64,000 bases of DNA from Histomonas meleagridis 2922-C6/04-290x (taxonomy: Eukaryota > Protista > Parabasalia): positions 26,361 through 90,360 of the forward strand of contig JAANOX010000199.1 in assembly GCA_020184695.1 (NCBI GenBank), written 5' to 3'. How positions within the stretch are numbered: the first letter of the stretch is position 1; each line of letters starts with the position of its first letter. The translations under genes were made by a program, and so were the position numbers. The notes below the pieces were generated by a model. That model was not told where the DNA came from, did not search any database, and was given only the letters and a program-made list of their open reading frames with translations. Shown piece by piece: positions 43,714 to 53,498 of this stretch.

Positions 43714-45480
43714 TTAATCCATTATGAAATATGTTCCATTTTGTTTTTGTTTTTGATCCTTCACAGAGTTATATTTGTTAACTCTTGTAAAGTTACCATT
43801 TGAATCTGTTCTCATTGTTACCTCCAAACTTCTCAAGAAATAATTTAAACCTGTCACTAAGCTTTGTGGTCTTTTAGCCACAGTTTCCTCATTAGGTATT
43901 CCATCGAACACTATTACATTATTTGCCAAATAACTTGCCATCATTAAATCATGTTCTACTATAAAAGCCATTTTCCCACAATTTACAATAAAACTTTTTA
44001 TTATTTTTGATGCTATAATACGTTGATCCACATTCAAATAAGGAGAAATCTCATCAATTAAATATAAATCAGCTTTTTTTCCGAACGCAAGTGCAATTGC
44101 AACACAATGTAGTTCATTACCACTCAATTTCCTCACTTTTTTATTCATTAAATCTTTAATATTAAGTGGCACTATAACCATTTCATCAAATGATTTTTGT
44201 CCAAATGATTCAGGTATTTTAGTTTGAAGTAATTCATTTACAGTTCCTTCGAATCTTGGAATGAATTTTTGTGGCTTATAAGAAACAGAAATTTCAGGAA
44301 TTTGAAACTCTTGTTCATTAGGTTTTAATCTATTAGCTAACAACCGAATAAATGTCGTTTTGCCTATTCCATTTCTTCCTATTAAAACAATTATTTCTCC
44401 GCTGCTTAATTTTCCTCGTTCAATTTCAAGTTTGAAATCCCCAATTTCATATCGCATGTTTGGATATGTGAAACTCAGATCAGATTTAACAGGATTTAAA
44501 TCATTCTCAATTGGTATCATGTTTGAAAAAAGAGTATTTATTCCATTACGAATAGTTAATGGTTCCGAAATGATTCCATAAGCATTTGGAATGCCATATA
44601 AAACAGAGACAAAATCACTCATATATTCAACCATAGCAATATCATTATCTGTAGTAATTACATAATCGCCTTCACTAAGGCAATTACGAATTATACGTGA
44701 AACTCGAAAAATCCAAAAAATATCAAGGAATAATGATGGGGAATCAAATAAATATACATTAGTTTTTTGAATACATACAAAAGCAATACTAACGCGTTGA
44801 AATTCGCCTCCTGAAATCATAGAAAAGTCGCGTGGAAGTAATGGTTCAAGATTTAATTCTTTAATTATTTCATTGAGTATGTTTCGACTATCTCTTGATT
44901 TGAGTATGTCACCTATTTTTTGATCAGATATTTTGGAAAATTGATAAAAGTATTGGGGTTTAAGAAGAAAGCGCATTTGTCCATTGACTAAATTGGTGAA
45001 ATATGTTTGTGCATTAGTACCATTAAATTTATGGATTACATCTGCCATGCTTGGACGCTTTTTGTCATCAAATATACCGAAATTTGGTTTGACTTTATTG
45101 GAAATAATATGGAGTGCAGTTGACTTCCCGATGCCACGAGGACCAACAAGACTAAGAACGCGCTTGTATATAGGTTGGGGAAAATGACATAGCATAAACC
45201 CATTTTTTCCATAACGATGAATTGTTTCTGATTTCAAGGAATAAGGAATTTTTATAATGTTGATGGCATGAAGTGGACATGATCGAGCACAAATTTCGCA
45301 TCCATTGCATGACATTTCGTTGATCGAAATGTTTTGATCAGTTGCAATGCAGGATTTATTACTACAAACTTTAGTGCATTTAAGTTTGCATTTGTTAATC
45401 TTGCATTTATCTTCATCAATAATAATAGCTGTGTAGAAATTTTCCATCCCTGGGGATTCAATTAACGTTTTTTTCCTCAT
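43714..45480 (-). CDS. ABCE1: ABCE1/RLI1-like Fe-S ABC ATPase, divergent
   Basis: N-terminal Cys clusters, HRYGKNGF.L...P, two NBDs, SYKPQ, RVNK.NSVKDQKQKQNGTYF; several site-I motifs are degenerate. Confidence 0.88.
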   Translation of the reverse strand: MRKKTLIESPGMENFYTAIIIDEDKCKINKCKLKCTKVCSNKSCIATDQNISINEMSCNGCEICARSCPLHAINIIKIPYSLKSETIHRYGKNGFMLCHFPQPIYKRVLSLVGPRGIGKSTALHIISNKVKPNFGIFDDKKRPSMADVIHKFNGTNAQTYFTNLVNGQMRFLLKPQYFYQFSKISDQKIGDILKSRDSRNILNEIIKELNLEPLLPRDFSMISGGEFQRVSIAFVCIQKTNVYLFDSPSLFLDIFWIFRVSRIIRNCLSEGDYVITTDNDIAMVEYMSDFVSVLYGIPNAYGIISEPLTIRNGINTLFSNMIPIENDLNPVKSDLSFTYPNMRYEIGDFKLEIERGKLSSGEIIVLIGRNGIGKTTFIRLLANRLKPNEQEFQIPEISVSYKPQKFIPRFEGTVNELLQTKIPESFGQKSFDEMVIVPLNIKDLMNKKVRKLSGNELHCVAIALAFGKKADLYLIDEISPYLNVDQRIIASKIIKSFIVNCGKMAFIVEHDLMMASYLANNVIVFDGIPNEETVAKRPQSLVTGLNYFLRSLEVTMRTDSNGNFTRVNKYNSVKDQKQKQNGTYFIMD

Positions 45481-45833
45481 GCAATGGAAACAAACTTATT
45501 GCATAAATAAAATTTGGATTTTCATCAATGACACATAAAGTCAAATATGGATTAATGTTCTTGAACATAAGTCCACAACTAATTTATATTATTTCAAATA
45601 TAATTTCATTTTAAAATAATACATTTCATCCAATATTATGATCATTTCTCACCCGTTATTACTGTCTATGCAAAGCAGACCTATGAAAATTTTGTTATTC
45701 AGCTTCAATTGGCGAATCACGTGATTTTGTCTTTTGTTTCACCTTAACCGCAATTTTAAGTTCAATTAGCGCTGGTCTGACAGAAATTTGAGAGGATTTT
45801 GCGGTGTCTTTTCAAAAAGTCATAGTCAATTTT

Positions 45834-46649
45834 ATGAAGATAATAGAGTTTCGCATTATTCTCCCAACAAATGTGCCTCAATACCAAATTGGAAATCTTT
45901 ACATGTGTGCACAACGTACTCGCGAAGAATCTGGTGGTGGTGAAGGAATCGAAATTTTGAAAAATGAACCATACAATGATTGGAATGGTGAAAGTGGACA
46001 ATTCACACACAAAGTACTACACTTCAAATCAAGGATTCCAGCTTTTATCCGCTGGGCAATACCTGATAAGTATCTTCATGTTCATGAAACATCTCATAAT
46101 GGTTATCCACATTTTCATACTGAATACCATATCCCAGGTCAAGATGATTGGTTTTATATGTTGGTTGAATCACAGCACATCCCTTATACAAGAGATACAC
46201 CAATTCCTGACAATTTAATGAACTTAAAACCAGAAGAGCTTGCTATGCGTAAAGTTTGTTACTTAGATATTGTTAATTCCAATCCAAAGCCACAAAAGAA
46301 AGAATGGGATATGCATAATTTTGTTTGTCCAGAAGCTGAAATCACTACTCCACTCTCAACACCCAAAAATACAAGAGATGAGACAAAGCCACCCGAATGG
46401 ACTGAGACATATCCTGGTACAATGATGGTCTGTGTCAAGATTGTCAAGATTATGTTCAAGTGGAAGGGCCTCCAAACTGCAGTTGAAAAGCTTGCAACAG
46501 ATTCTGTTTTCCATGACGTATTCCTTGACTCACACCGTGCATTGATGAGATGGGCTGATAAATGGTTCCCAATGAATATGGAACAAATAAGAGCAATGGA
46601 GCAAGAACTCCAAGATGAACAAAAAACTCAAAAGTTCGATCAAGAATAA
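45834..46649 (+). CDS. Phosphatidylinositol transfer protein (PITP, class I/II type)
   Basis: IEFRIILP...YQIGNLY...GGGEGIEILKNEPY...GQFTHKVLH..SRIP...E.S.NGYPH...MMVCVK...F..SHR....W.DKW. Confidence 0.93.
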   Translation: MKIIEFRIILPTNVPQYQIGNLYMCAQRTREESGGGEGIEILKNEPYNDWNGESGQFTHKVLHFKSRIPAFIRWAIPDKYLHVHETSHNGYPHFHTEYHIPGQDDWFYMLVESQHIPYTRDTPIPDNLMNLKPEELAMRKVCYLDIVNSNPKPQKKEWDMHNFVCPEAEITTPLSTPKNTRDETKPPEWTETYPGTMMVCVKIVKIMFKWKGLQTAVEKLATDSVFHDVFLDSHRALMRWADKWFPMNMEQIRAMEQELQDEQKTQKFDQE

Positions 46650-47566
46650 ATAGTCAATTTCAAGATCAAATTTAACTTTACTTAATGAAACTGAAATATG
46701 CTCTGTGAGGATTTAAGGATGTTTGAAATAAACTTGTTCAATAAAGCGATTTGATAATTATCATATGCCGAAATTAATTAAACAAAATGCTTTTGTAAAC
46801 CTGTGATTTTATTCAAAAACATCTTAAAATATATAAAAATTTGATTAAATTTGATTCTTCTCCTCAGAATTTTTGGTGAAATATCCTTTGCGAATTCATA
46901 CCCATTGATTGTACAAGCAGGAAGAGTTGTGAATGAATATTTAAGTATTTTTATGCATACTGATTAATTTCCTTATAGTTGGATACCCTCAAGTCACCGA
47001 AATTATTAATTTTTTTTTGATAAAACAAGAAATTTCTTTTTGAACATGGGCCAAAGAAAATTAAAAATTTGATTACCGATTTAAATGATTTCATTGTAAT
47101 ATTTCAAAATGTTGTCAGTTCCCATTCCAAACATTATTACCAACAATGCTTGATATCAAAAGGAAATATATCGGAATTAATTAACATTTGGAAAACATTT
47201 TTAATGCATTTGAAATCAGATGAAGTCGCTAATGCTTTCGGTAATGCGCTTTGTATGAAATTAATTGATTTTTTGGCAGTAAATGTATATTTTTTACCAA
47301 TGGAATTCCATGGTTAGAGAGGCATTGCAATTCACTTGCTTGCATATGCAAATGGAAATAATGAAGTTGCACAAGAAATAGCAAAACATCAAAATGTTTT
47401 ATTTTTATTTCATTAATGTTTCTGTAAAATATTAATAAATTATTTATGTTCATTACATTTTTTTCGCTTTCATATTATCTATTAATAATATTAATAATAT
47501 TTTTTTATATATTTATTTTGTGAATTTTTCATTTTCATGAAATTAATGTTGAAATTCTTACTTTCA

Positions 47567-48643
47567 TTACATCGATTGATGTGTATTTGTATCTTTTAAT
47601 GTAGATTTCCTGCAGAAATAAATAATGAAAGCCACAATTACTATAAGAATTATCGCAATCACAGGATCAACAATTATATATGTTTTTTTTGAACCAGATT
47701 TTTCTTCTTTTTCAGGGGCTTCTGGATTATCTTCATAGTAATTCTCAGAGTATTCATCAGAGTTCAGCTCTTCAAATGTAAATCCGGTTGTATAAACTGG
47801 TGTACTCTCTTTTGGTGTTGTTTTGGTAGGAGATTGTGTATGAAGTTCTTCATAAATAATCGGACCATAGTCTTCATCAGCTTCTTATAATTCAACAATT
47901 GTTACTTTAAATGGGTTAAACAAATGAAATTCAATATAACTATGGCACCTTAAATGCCCCTCAAAAATTATGCATATCAAATCATATGGATCTTTGGTTA
48001 CTACAAAGTGAGTTGCTGGAGGGAACATCATTGTGTTTGAATCTTTCTTATTTATATCCTTGATTATTTTCAAATTCCTTTTTGTAGTAATGTTAAATAT
48101 TATAGGTACATCACGATTACAAACTGATTCAAAAGAAGAGTGAACTAATGTAAATGATCTTGTTGAAACATGAGTATTCTTCTTATATAGTGTTGAGGTA
48201 GAATCTTTAGAAGGTTTGTAAACAGTTGTAAATCCTGCTTTTGCTAATCTATCAAATCCTCTTTTAAAACTATAAAATGTGCACTTAAAATAATCAGTGA
48301 TATTCCCATTGAAAAGTTCATTATCGAAGCTTGAAGTAAGTTTTGGATAAAATAAGTAATCATGAATTATTTTAGCTTCATCGTAATTTATAGGATCTGA
48401 AGGATTTTTTGACAACGATTTTAGTTTTTCCAAATCATTAAATACTTGTTTAAACCAATTATTTTCATAAATATCTAATGGAACAAATCTTGATACTTAA
48501 TTAAGTACACATTGTTTTAGAGCACTAGGATCTTGTAAATTTGGTGAAATGGCATGTAAACTATATGCTTTATTCTGATTTTCTGGAAAGAAACCTTGTG
48601 ATTCTAGAGTACAAATTTCTAAAATATTAAAGAATAAATACAT
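47567..48643 (-). pseudogene. Type I membrane protein reading frame with two in-frame TAA stops and no frameshift
   Basis: One frame runs from about 48643 to 47567 with stops at 48497-48499 and 47885-47887; Thr/Pro/acidic stalk, TM IAIILIVIVAFIIYFC, then RKST. Confidence 0.65.
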
Positions 48644-48730
48644 TAAAAATAAGTGCTTTATAATGAATAATTTATTTATGTTAACATAAAATTTATATAT
48701 ATAAAGGTTTAAATACATCAAACCAAATAG

Positions 48731-48901
48731 TATGAAAACAAAATAAATAATCGGTTATGGGACCGATACCACATAACTGGGCTCGTGAAGGAAGACGCAG
48801 CTGATATAGCTGGGTTTATCGAGCCAATGCTGGCAATAATCCCGAGCCAGAGACCATCCGCAGAAGAACTGCTTTTCTCTCCATGGTTGAATAAGATTTG
48901 A
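48731..48901 (+). pseudogene. Orphan C-terminal fragment of an SRPK-like protein kinase
   Basis: EDAADIAGFIEPMLAIIPSQRPSAEELLFSPWLNKI* corresponds to kinase subdomain XI; no ATG, TAG at 48728. Confidence 0.65.
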
Positions 48902-49060
48902 TATAATAAAACAACTTGGTGTTATTGCTCAATAACAATTTATAATTTATTGATTTTTTAATGTGTTTAATATGTTTCGTATTATATATTCATTATTCGG
49001 TGATGAATTCCTATAAACTGAAGTCATAGAAATTTGACTGCAAGAACAAAATTAAAAAAA

Positions 49061-49133
49061 TGGGACTCCGCGGACTCGAACCACGTACCTCACGATCTTC
49101 AGTCGTGTGCTCTCCCAGGTGAGCTAGAGTCCC
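49061..49133 (-). tRNA. tRNA-Phe (GAA)
   Basis: Acceptor stem GGGACTC/GAGTCCC, anticodon arm CACGA-CTGAAGA-TCGTG, GGTTCGAGTCC T-loop, downstream T-run. Confidence 0.95.
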
Positions 49134-49452
49134 TGTTGACTTTCACAAAAAAAAGTGCTTGTATTGAATATAGCCATCAATTAATGATGTAATTGACATG
49201 TTTATCTTCATTAACTTGAAAAACACATTAATTATTGAAATAATATCATTAACTTATAAAACTAAAATATCATAATCATTTATAATATGTCTGATTTTTG
49301 TGAAAGATATAATAAATAATGTATGAAAAAATATTAAGAATATATATATATATATATAAATCGAGAAAACATCAAACATTTCTAATAAACAAATACTATA
49401 AAAAATCCAAAAATTGTTTAATAAATGACAACAAATTTTATATATAATAACA

Positions 49453-51741
49453 TTAAGAAAAATTCATTTTTGCTTGATGAAGCCATTCGAAAATTTTTGG
49501 GAATAAAGCGGCGACACTTTTATCCACTTCGTTGACTATTAATTTTCCTGCTTGTTTCTCAGTCAAATCCAAGTGTAATCTATCCAACAAAATTGCAGCA
49601 ATTTTTGTATCTTCATTTGGCAAATGAGGCAATTCAGCTTCTCTCATCAAAGCTATTAGACAACAAATTTCGTCTGCTTTTCTTCGAATTGCGTTATAAA
49701 CCACTGCGCAATATCTTAAGAACTTTGTGTAACCTATAGTTTGTTTATCCTCTTTCGAATCGAAAGCAGCGATCATTTCAGGTATAACACGGACGGCGCA
49801 AGGCAAAGGCTTTGGGTCTTGTCCGAACAAATATCCATAATCGACGTGGAAAAAGTTTCCATTCGAAGTCATTAACAAATTGTCGAGATGTCGATCTCCT
49901 ACGCCTAAAACATATGAAATTACGGTATACGCTGCCGAACTTTTAATGAATCGATCTCGACATTCTTCTTTATTCTCTTGGTCGAAGAATTCCTCCAAAT
50001 TTCCATTCGTTTGTTCAAGGACTTTAGATATCGCTTTAGCTCCGACTACAAATTCACATAAACCAAATTCACGTGAAATAGGAACAACGGAATAAGGTGT
50101 TAAATACATATCGATATTAAATCGCTTTAAGTTTTCATCAATGAAACGTATTGTAGTTAAGGCTAATGCATCTTGACGCATATCATCTCCGACTTTTAAT
50201 ATCGCAGAATATACATTTCCATTTTTATCTAAAAAGTCTAATTTTATAGGCTGAAGTGATGAACCAAAGACAATGATATTATCGATTGATACCTTTTCTA
50301 CAACAAATGATGGACATAAAGGTAAACGAAATGGACGTTCAAATGTAATGTTTGAAAGTGAACTTCGAACATAATTCAGTTTGTTCTCTTTACCATTAAT
50401 ACTTTTAACGCCATTAATTATTTCTTTTAACAACATAATTTGTTTCTTACCATTATGAAGTTCTTTAAATAATGGCTCACAGCCGGGATATGTTTTCCAT
50501 TTATGATATATTCGTTTGACATCATTTTCTCGTTTGGATTTATCAGATTCGACATGAAATGCCCAATATGCAGCTACTGCAAATTCGGGATCATTTAAAC
50601 TTGTTTGAACCATAAAATCAAATGCGGATTGTGATGGTATTGATTGTTCAACTATGAATGATGCTAAATTTAAGACTTCGTCATGTGATGCTTTTGTTAA
50701 TGATGTCATTACATATCGATCAATAATGTTTTGTGGTGTCTTTTTGACACGTGATGGAGATAATAGGAAAAGTGCTAATGTAATTGGTAATGTTAATTTG
50801 GTGGAAAATGAATTTAATTCAACATCCATGTATAAGAGCTTTAATAAGCCGGATGGATACTTAGAAGTGAATTCTTTATAACGTTTTAATAGTTCACGTT
50901 CATCTGGTGATGAATTGGAAAAATCAATGATCGGTCGATGAATAATAGATTTTAATTGATTAATACGAGGATACGGTGGCATAACAACAGACTTAAAAAG
51001 TCGTGTATGGTGAACATTTATCTTAGAGTTAGGACAACTATAACAATCAAAACTTCCTTTTAATAATGCAGAAAAAGTGTCAGTTACTGATTCAGAAAGT
51101 GAAATTATATCACCATGAAAAGTAGATGACTCATTAGAAGTTGTACGCTCTTTTGGAAAAACATCATTACTATTTGAATATGTGTTTGTAAAGGATGGTG
51201 ATGGAATTCGTGGAAATGGTGGAAGAATATGAGGGAGATAAAATCGCATCAAATCACACATAACAGCACCAGAAGAATCAGTGGAGGTGGAACAATAAAG
51301 TGGAAATATATGTTCATCTGATATACTTGAACAGGTACCAACTGATATGGTTTGTGATGGGATACCTGGGATAGAATGAAGAAGCTCGATGGTAATGGAA
51401 AATTCTGGACGTGAAATTAGAGCTTTAGGATAATCTATTGTAAAATCAAATAATAAAATTTGATGGAATTGTGAGGATGATTGCTGAAAATCAAATGGAG
51501 AAACAATGTATTCATGAATGGTGGACCCAAGCATGGTTTTAAATTTAACTTCAAAACATGAAAGTGGATGATAAAGAATTCGATTATTATGTTCGTCATG
51601 AGACTGTTTTAGAAGCTTCTTATGAAATAAGATGAATGGGCCTATAATTGCGCGGAGTCTAACATCTGTGGTTTCTGAAACTTGATTGAAAATTATTGCA
51701 TTTTTTTTCATGATTGCATGTTTTACTATAGGGTGGTCCAA
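49453..51741 (-). CDS. VPS34: Class III phosphatidylinositol 3-kinase Vps34
   Basis: FGSSLQP, LKVGDDMRQD, SAAYTVISYVLGVGDRHLDNL, FFHVDYGYLFGQDPKPLP; PIK helical domain. Confidence 0.92.
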   Translation of the reverse strand: MDHPIVKHAIMKKNAIIFNQVSETTDVRLRAIIGPFILFHKKLLKQSHDEHNNRILYHPLSCFEVKFKTMLGSTIHEYIVSPFDFQQSSSQFHQILLFDFTIDYPKALISRPEFSITIELLHSIPGIPSQTISVGTCSSISDEHIFPLYCSTSTDSSGAVMCDLMRFYLPHILPPFPRIPSPSFTNTYSNSNDVFPKERTTSNESSTFHGDIISLSESVTDTFSALLKGSFDCYSCPNSKINVHHTRLFKSVVMPPYPRINQLKSIIHRPIIDFSNSSPDERELLKRYKEFTSKYPSGLLKLLYMDVELNSFSTKLTLPITLALFLLSPSRVKKTPQNIIDRYVMTSLTKASHDEVLNLASFIVEQSIPSQSAFDFMVQTSLNDPEFAVAAYWAFHVESDKSKRENDVKRIYHKWKTYPGCEPLFKELHNGKKQIMLLKEIINGVKSINGKENKLNYVRSSLSNITFERPFRLPLCPSFVVEKVSIDNIIVFGSSLQPIKLDFLDKNGNVYSAILKVGDDMRQDALALTTIRFIDENLKRFNIDMYLTPYSVVPISREFGLCEFVVGAKAISKVLEQTNGNLEEFFDQENKEECRDRFIKSSAAYTVISYVLGVGDRHLDNLLMTSNGNFFHVDYGYLFGQDPKPLPCAVRVIPEMIAAFDSKEDKQTIGYTKFLRYCAVVYNAIRRKADEICCLIALMREAELPHLPNEDTKIAAILLDRLHLDLTEKQAGKLIVNEVDKSVAALFPKIFEWLHQAKMNFS

Positions 51742-52385
51742 AAAACGATAGAGAAATGGTGTTGTTCACAGATATCAACTCAGATAGCAAAAAGTGACAC
51801 CTCTCAATTTTTTGAGTGCAAAGTGGGGGAAATTCAATTTCCCAATTCATATTTCAGTTGGGAGAAACATATTTCTCTTAATACAAATATCAAAAAAAAT
51901 TGTTAATATTCATCAAATGCTAAATGGTGCATTGCACAATGGTGCTTTTTATGTTGTTTTAGCAAGGGTTCTCAAATTAGGAGATATAAATGGGGGGTTT
52001 GAAAACATTATCTCTTTAATCTTATTTTTGATTTCATCTATCTATAAGTGAAAATGCTTTGCGCCTAAATGTAACTGAGAATCAATGTACACAGTAAAAT
52101 CATTTGCTATTAATATCATCTATTAAATTATTATCTTCATAGTTAAAAATGTTAACATTAAAATCATCTCCAACCAAATGAAACATTAAAGGTCTTCAGG
52201 ATAAATTTTTAGTGAAAAACGAGATTTCCATAATAAGTTTTTTGCTGTTTTTGCAAATCATGTGCTTATGAATTACTGTATGAAGAAATTTTGTTTTAAA
52301 GATTTCCAAAACACAGTAAAAGTTAATGCTCGAAATTCTCAAAATTATGATCACCAAACTAAAAAAAATATATATCAAACAAAAT

Positions 52386-53453
52386 TTACATAAATGACTT
52401 ATATCTAAAGATTTTATCTCCTTCATTAGCCCAGTCCTGTTTTGTTATTTGAAATTGTTCAAAAACAGAAGTTGAAGCAAAAATTGATCCACCGACCCAT
52501 GCACCATATTTTCTTTCAGGAGTCGCAATTACTTTCACTTTTTTCTTTACGATATTTCCGATATCATTTTCTATTCTTTCAGCCATTCCTTGGAACATTG
52601 TTGATCCTCCACTTATAACAATATTTGGAAGTAATTCTCGACATAAGAAATTATCACAACGATCTATTGATGTAGAAATAGAGTTACTAATACCAGTACC
52701 ATTAATATTAATTAGTGAAGGATCAAATAAAACTTCAGGACCCAAATAACGTTCATTACCAATCATTAGCTGGCGACCGTTTGGAGGTTCATATGCTGTT
52801 GGCAAAGGATCAGGTTGCTCTACTGATGTACGCACATAACATAATTGCTCTTTAACTTCACGAACTGCATCATTGTCATTCTCTGACATGCCAATCTTTG
52901 TAAGAAGAGAACGTAGTTGGGAATCAACATCACAGCCGCCAATTAATGTGGTTACACGTGCATGCTCAAGGCCATAACTCTCAAAGATTGGTACAACATT
53001 TGTGACCCCATAACCACACTCGCATACAAGTCCTGTAACACTACCAGTAGAAATTAAAGAAAGAGTTGCTGAACTAATGAATGAGATGCTGGGAGAATAA
53101 AGTGTTTCAAGAAAATATTGTGTAAGATCTTCAAGTTGCTTCGAATCACAACCAGGCGGTTTTGTAAGTAATACATGATTAGAATCTCCTTTAATTCCAA
53201 GAGTTGAATAAATGTAACGAATGATTGATTCAAGTCCATTCATATCGCAAATAACAGATCGCTCGATTGGAGATCTGTAAAGTGAGTCTGAATATGGTTG
53301 TCCTGCTTCTCCAATAATAAATTCTGAACCTTTTGAATTTCTTTGTTTACGAAAAATAGTTGGAAATACTAAAGAAGGTGAATCACTTCCTGCGAATCCT
53401 GCTTTAACAAGACCAGATCCAAAGTCAATTACAAGTGTTAAATCAGAATTCAT
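52386..53453 (-). CDS. Divergent actin-related protein
   Basis: VIDFGSGLVKAGFAG, GLVCECGYGVT.VVPIFE, IGNERY..PEVLF, ISGGSTMF.G, PERKYGAWVGGSI; likely start MNSD at 53453. Confidence 0.92.
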   Translation of the reverse strand: MNSDLTLVIDFGSGLVKAGFAGSDSPSLVFPTIFRKQRNSKGSEFIIGEAGQPYSDSLYRSPIERSVICDMNGLESIIRYIYSTLGIKGDSNHVLLTKPPGCDSKQLEDLTQYFLETLYSPSISFISSATLSLISTGSVTGLVCECGYGVTNVVPIFESYGLEHARVTTLIGGCDVDSQLRSLLTKIGMSENDNDAVREVKEQLCYVRTSVEQPDPLPTAYEPPNGRQLMIGNERYLGPEVLFDPSLININGTGISNSISTSIDRCDNFLCRELLPNIVISGGSTMFQGMAERIENDIGNIVKKKVKVIATPERKYGAWVGGSIFASTSVFEQFQITKQDWANEGDKIFRYKSFM

Positions 53454-53498
53454 GACAATTCGTTTCCTAAAAATTGAATCAAATTTAATCGTCAATTG

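Noticed and set aside
47567-48643. Alternative genetic code (TAA/TAG = Gln)
   Set aside because: Conserved genes up to 2179 aa have no internal stops, use CAA for Gln and end on TAA, TAG or TGA at the expected positions; in-frame TAAs occur only in decayed loci.
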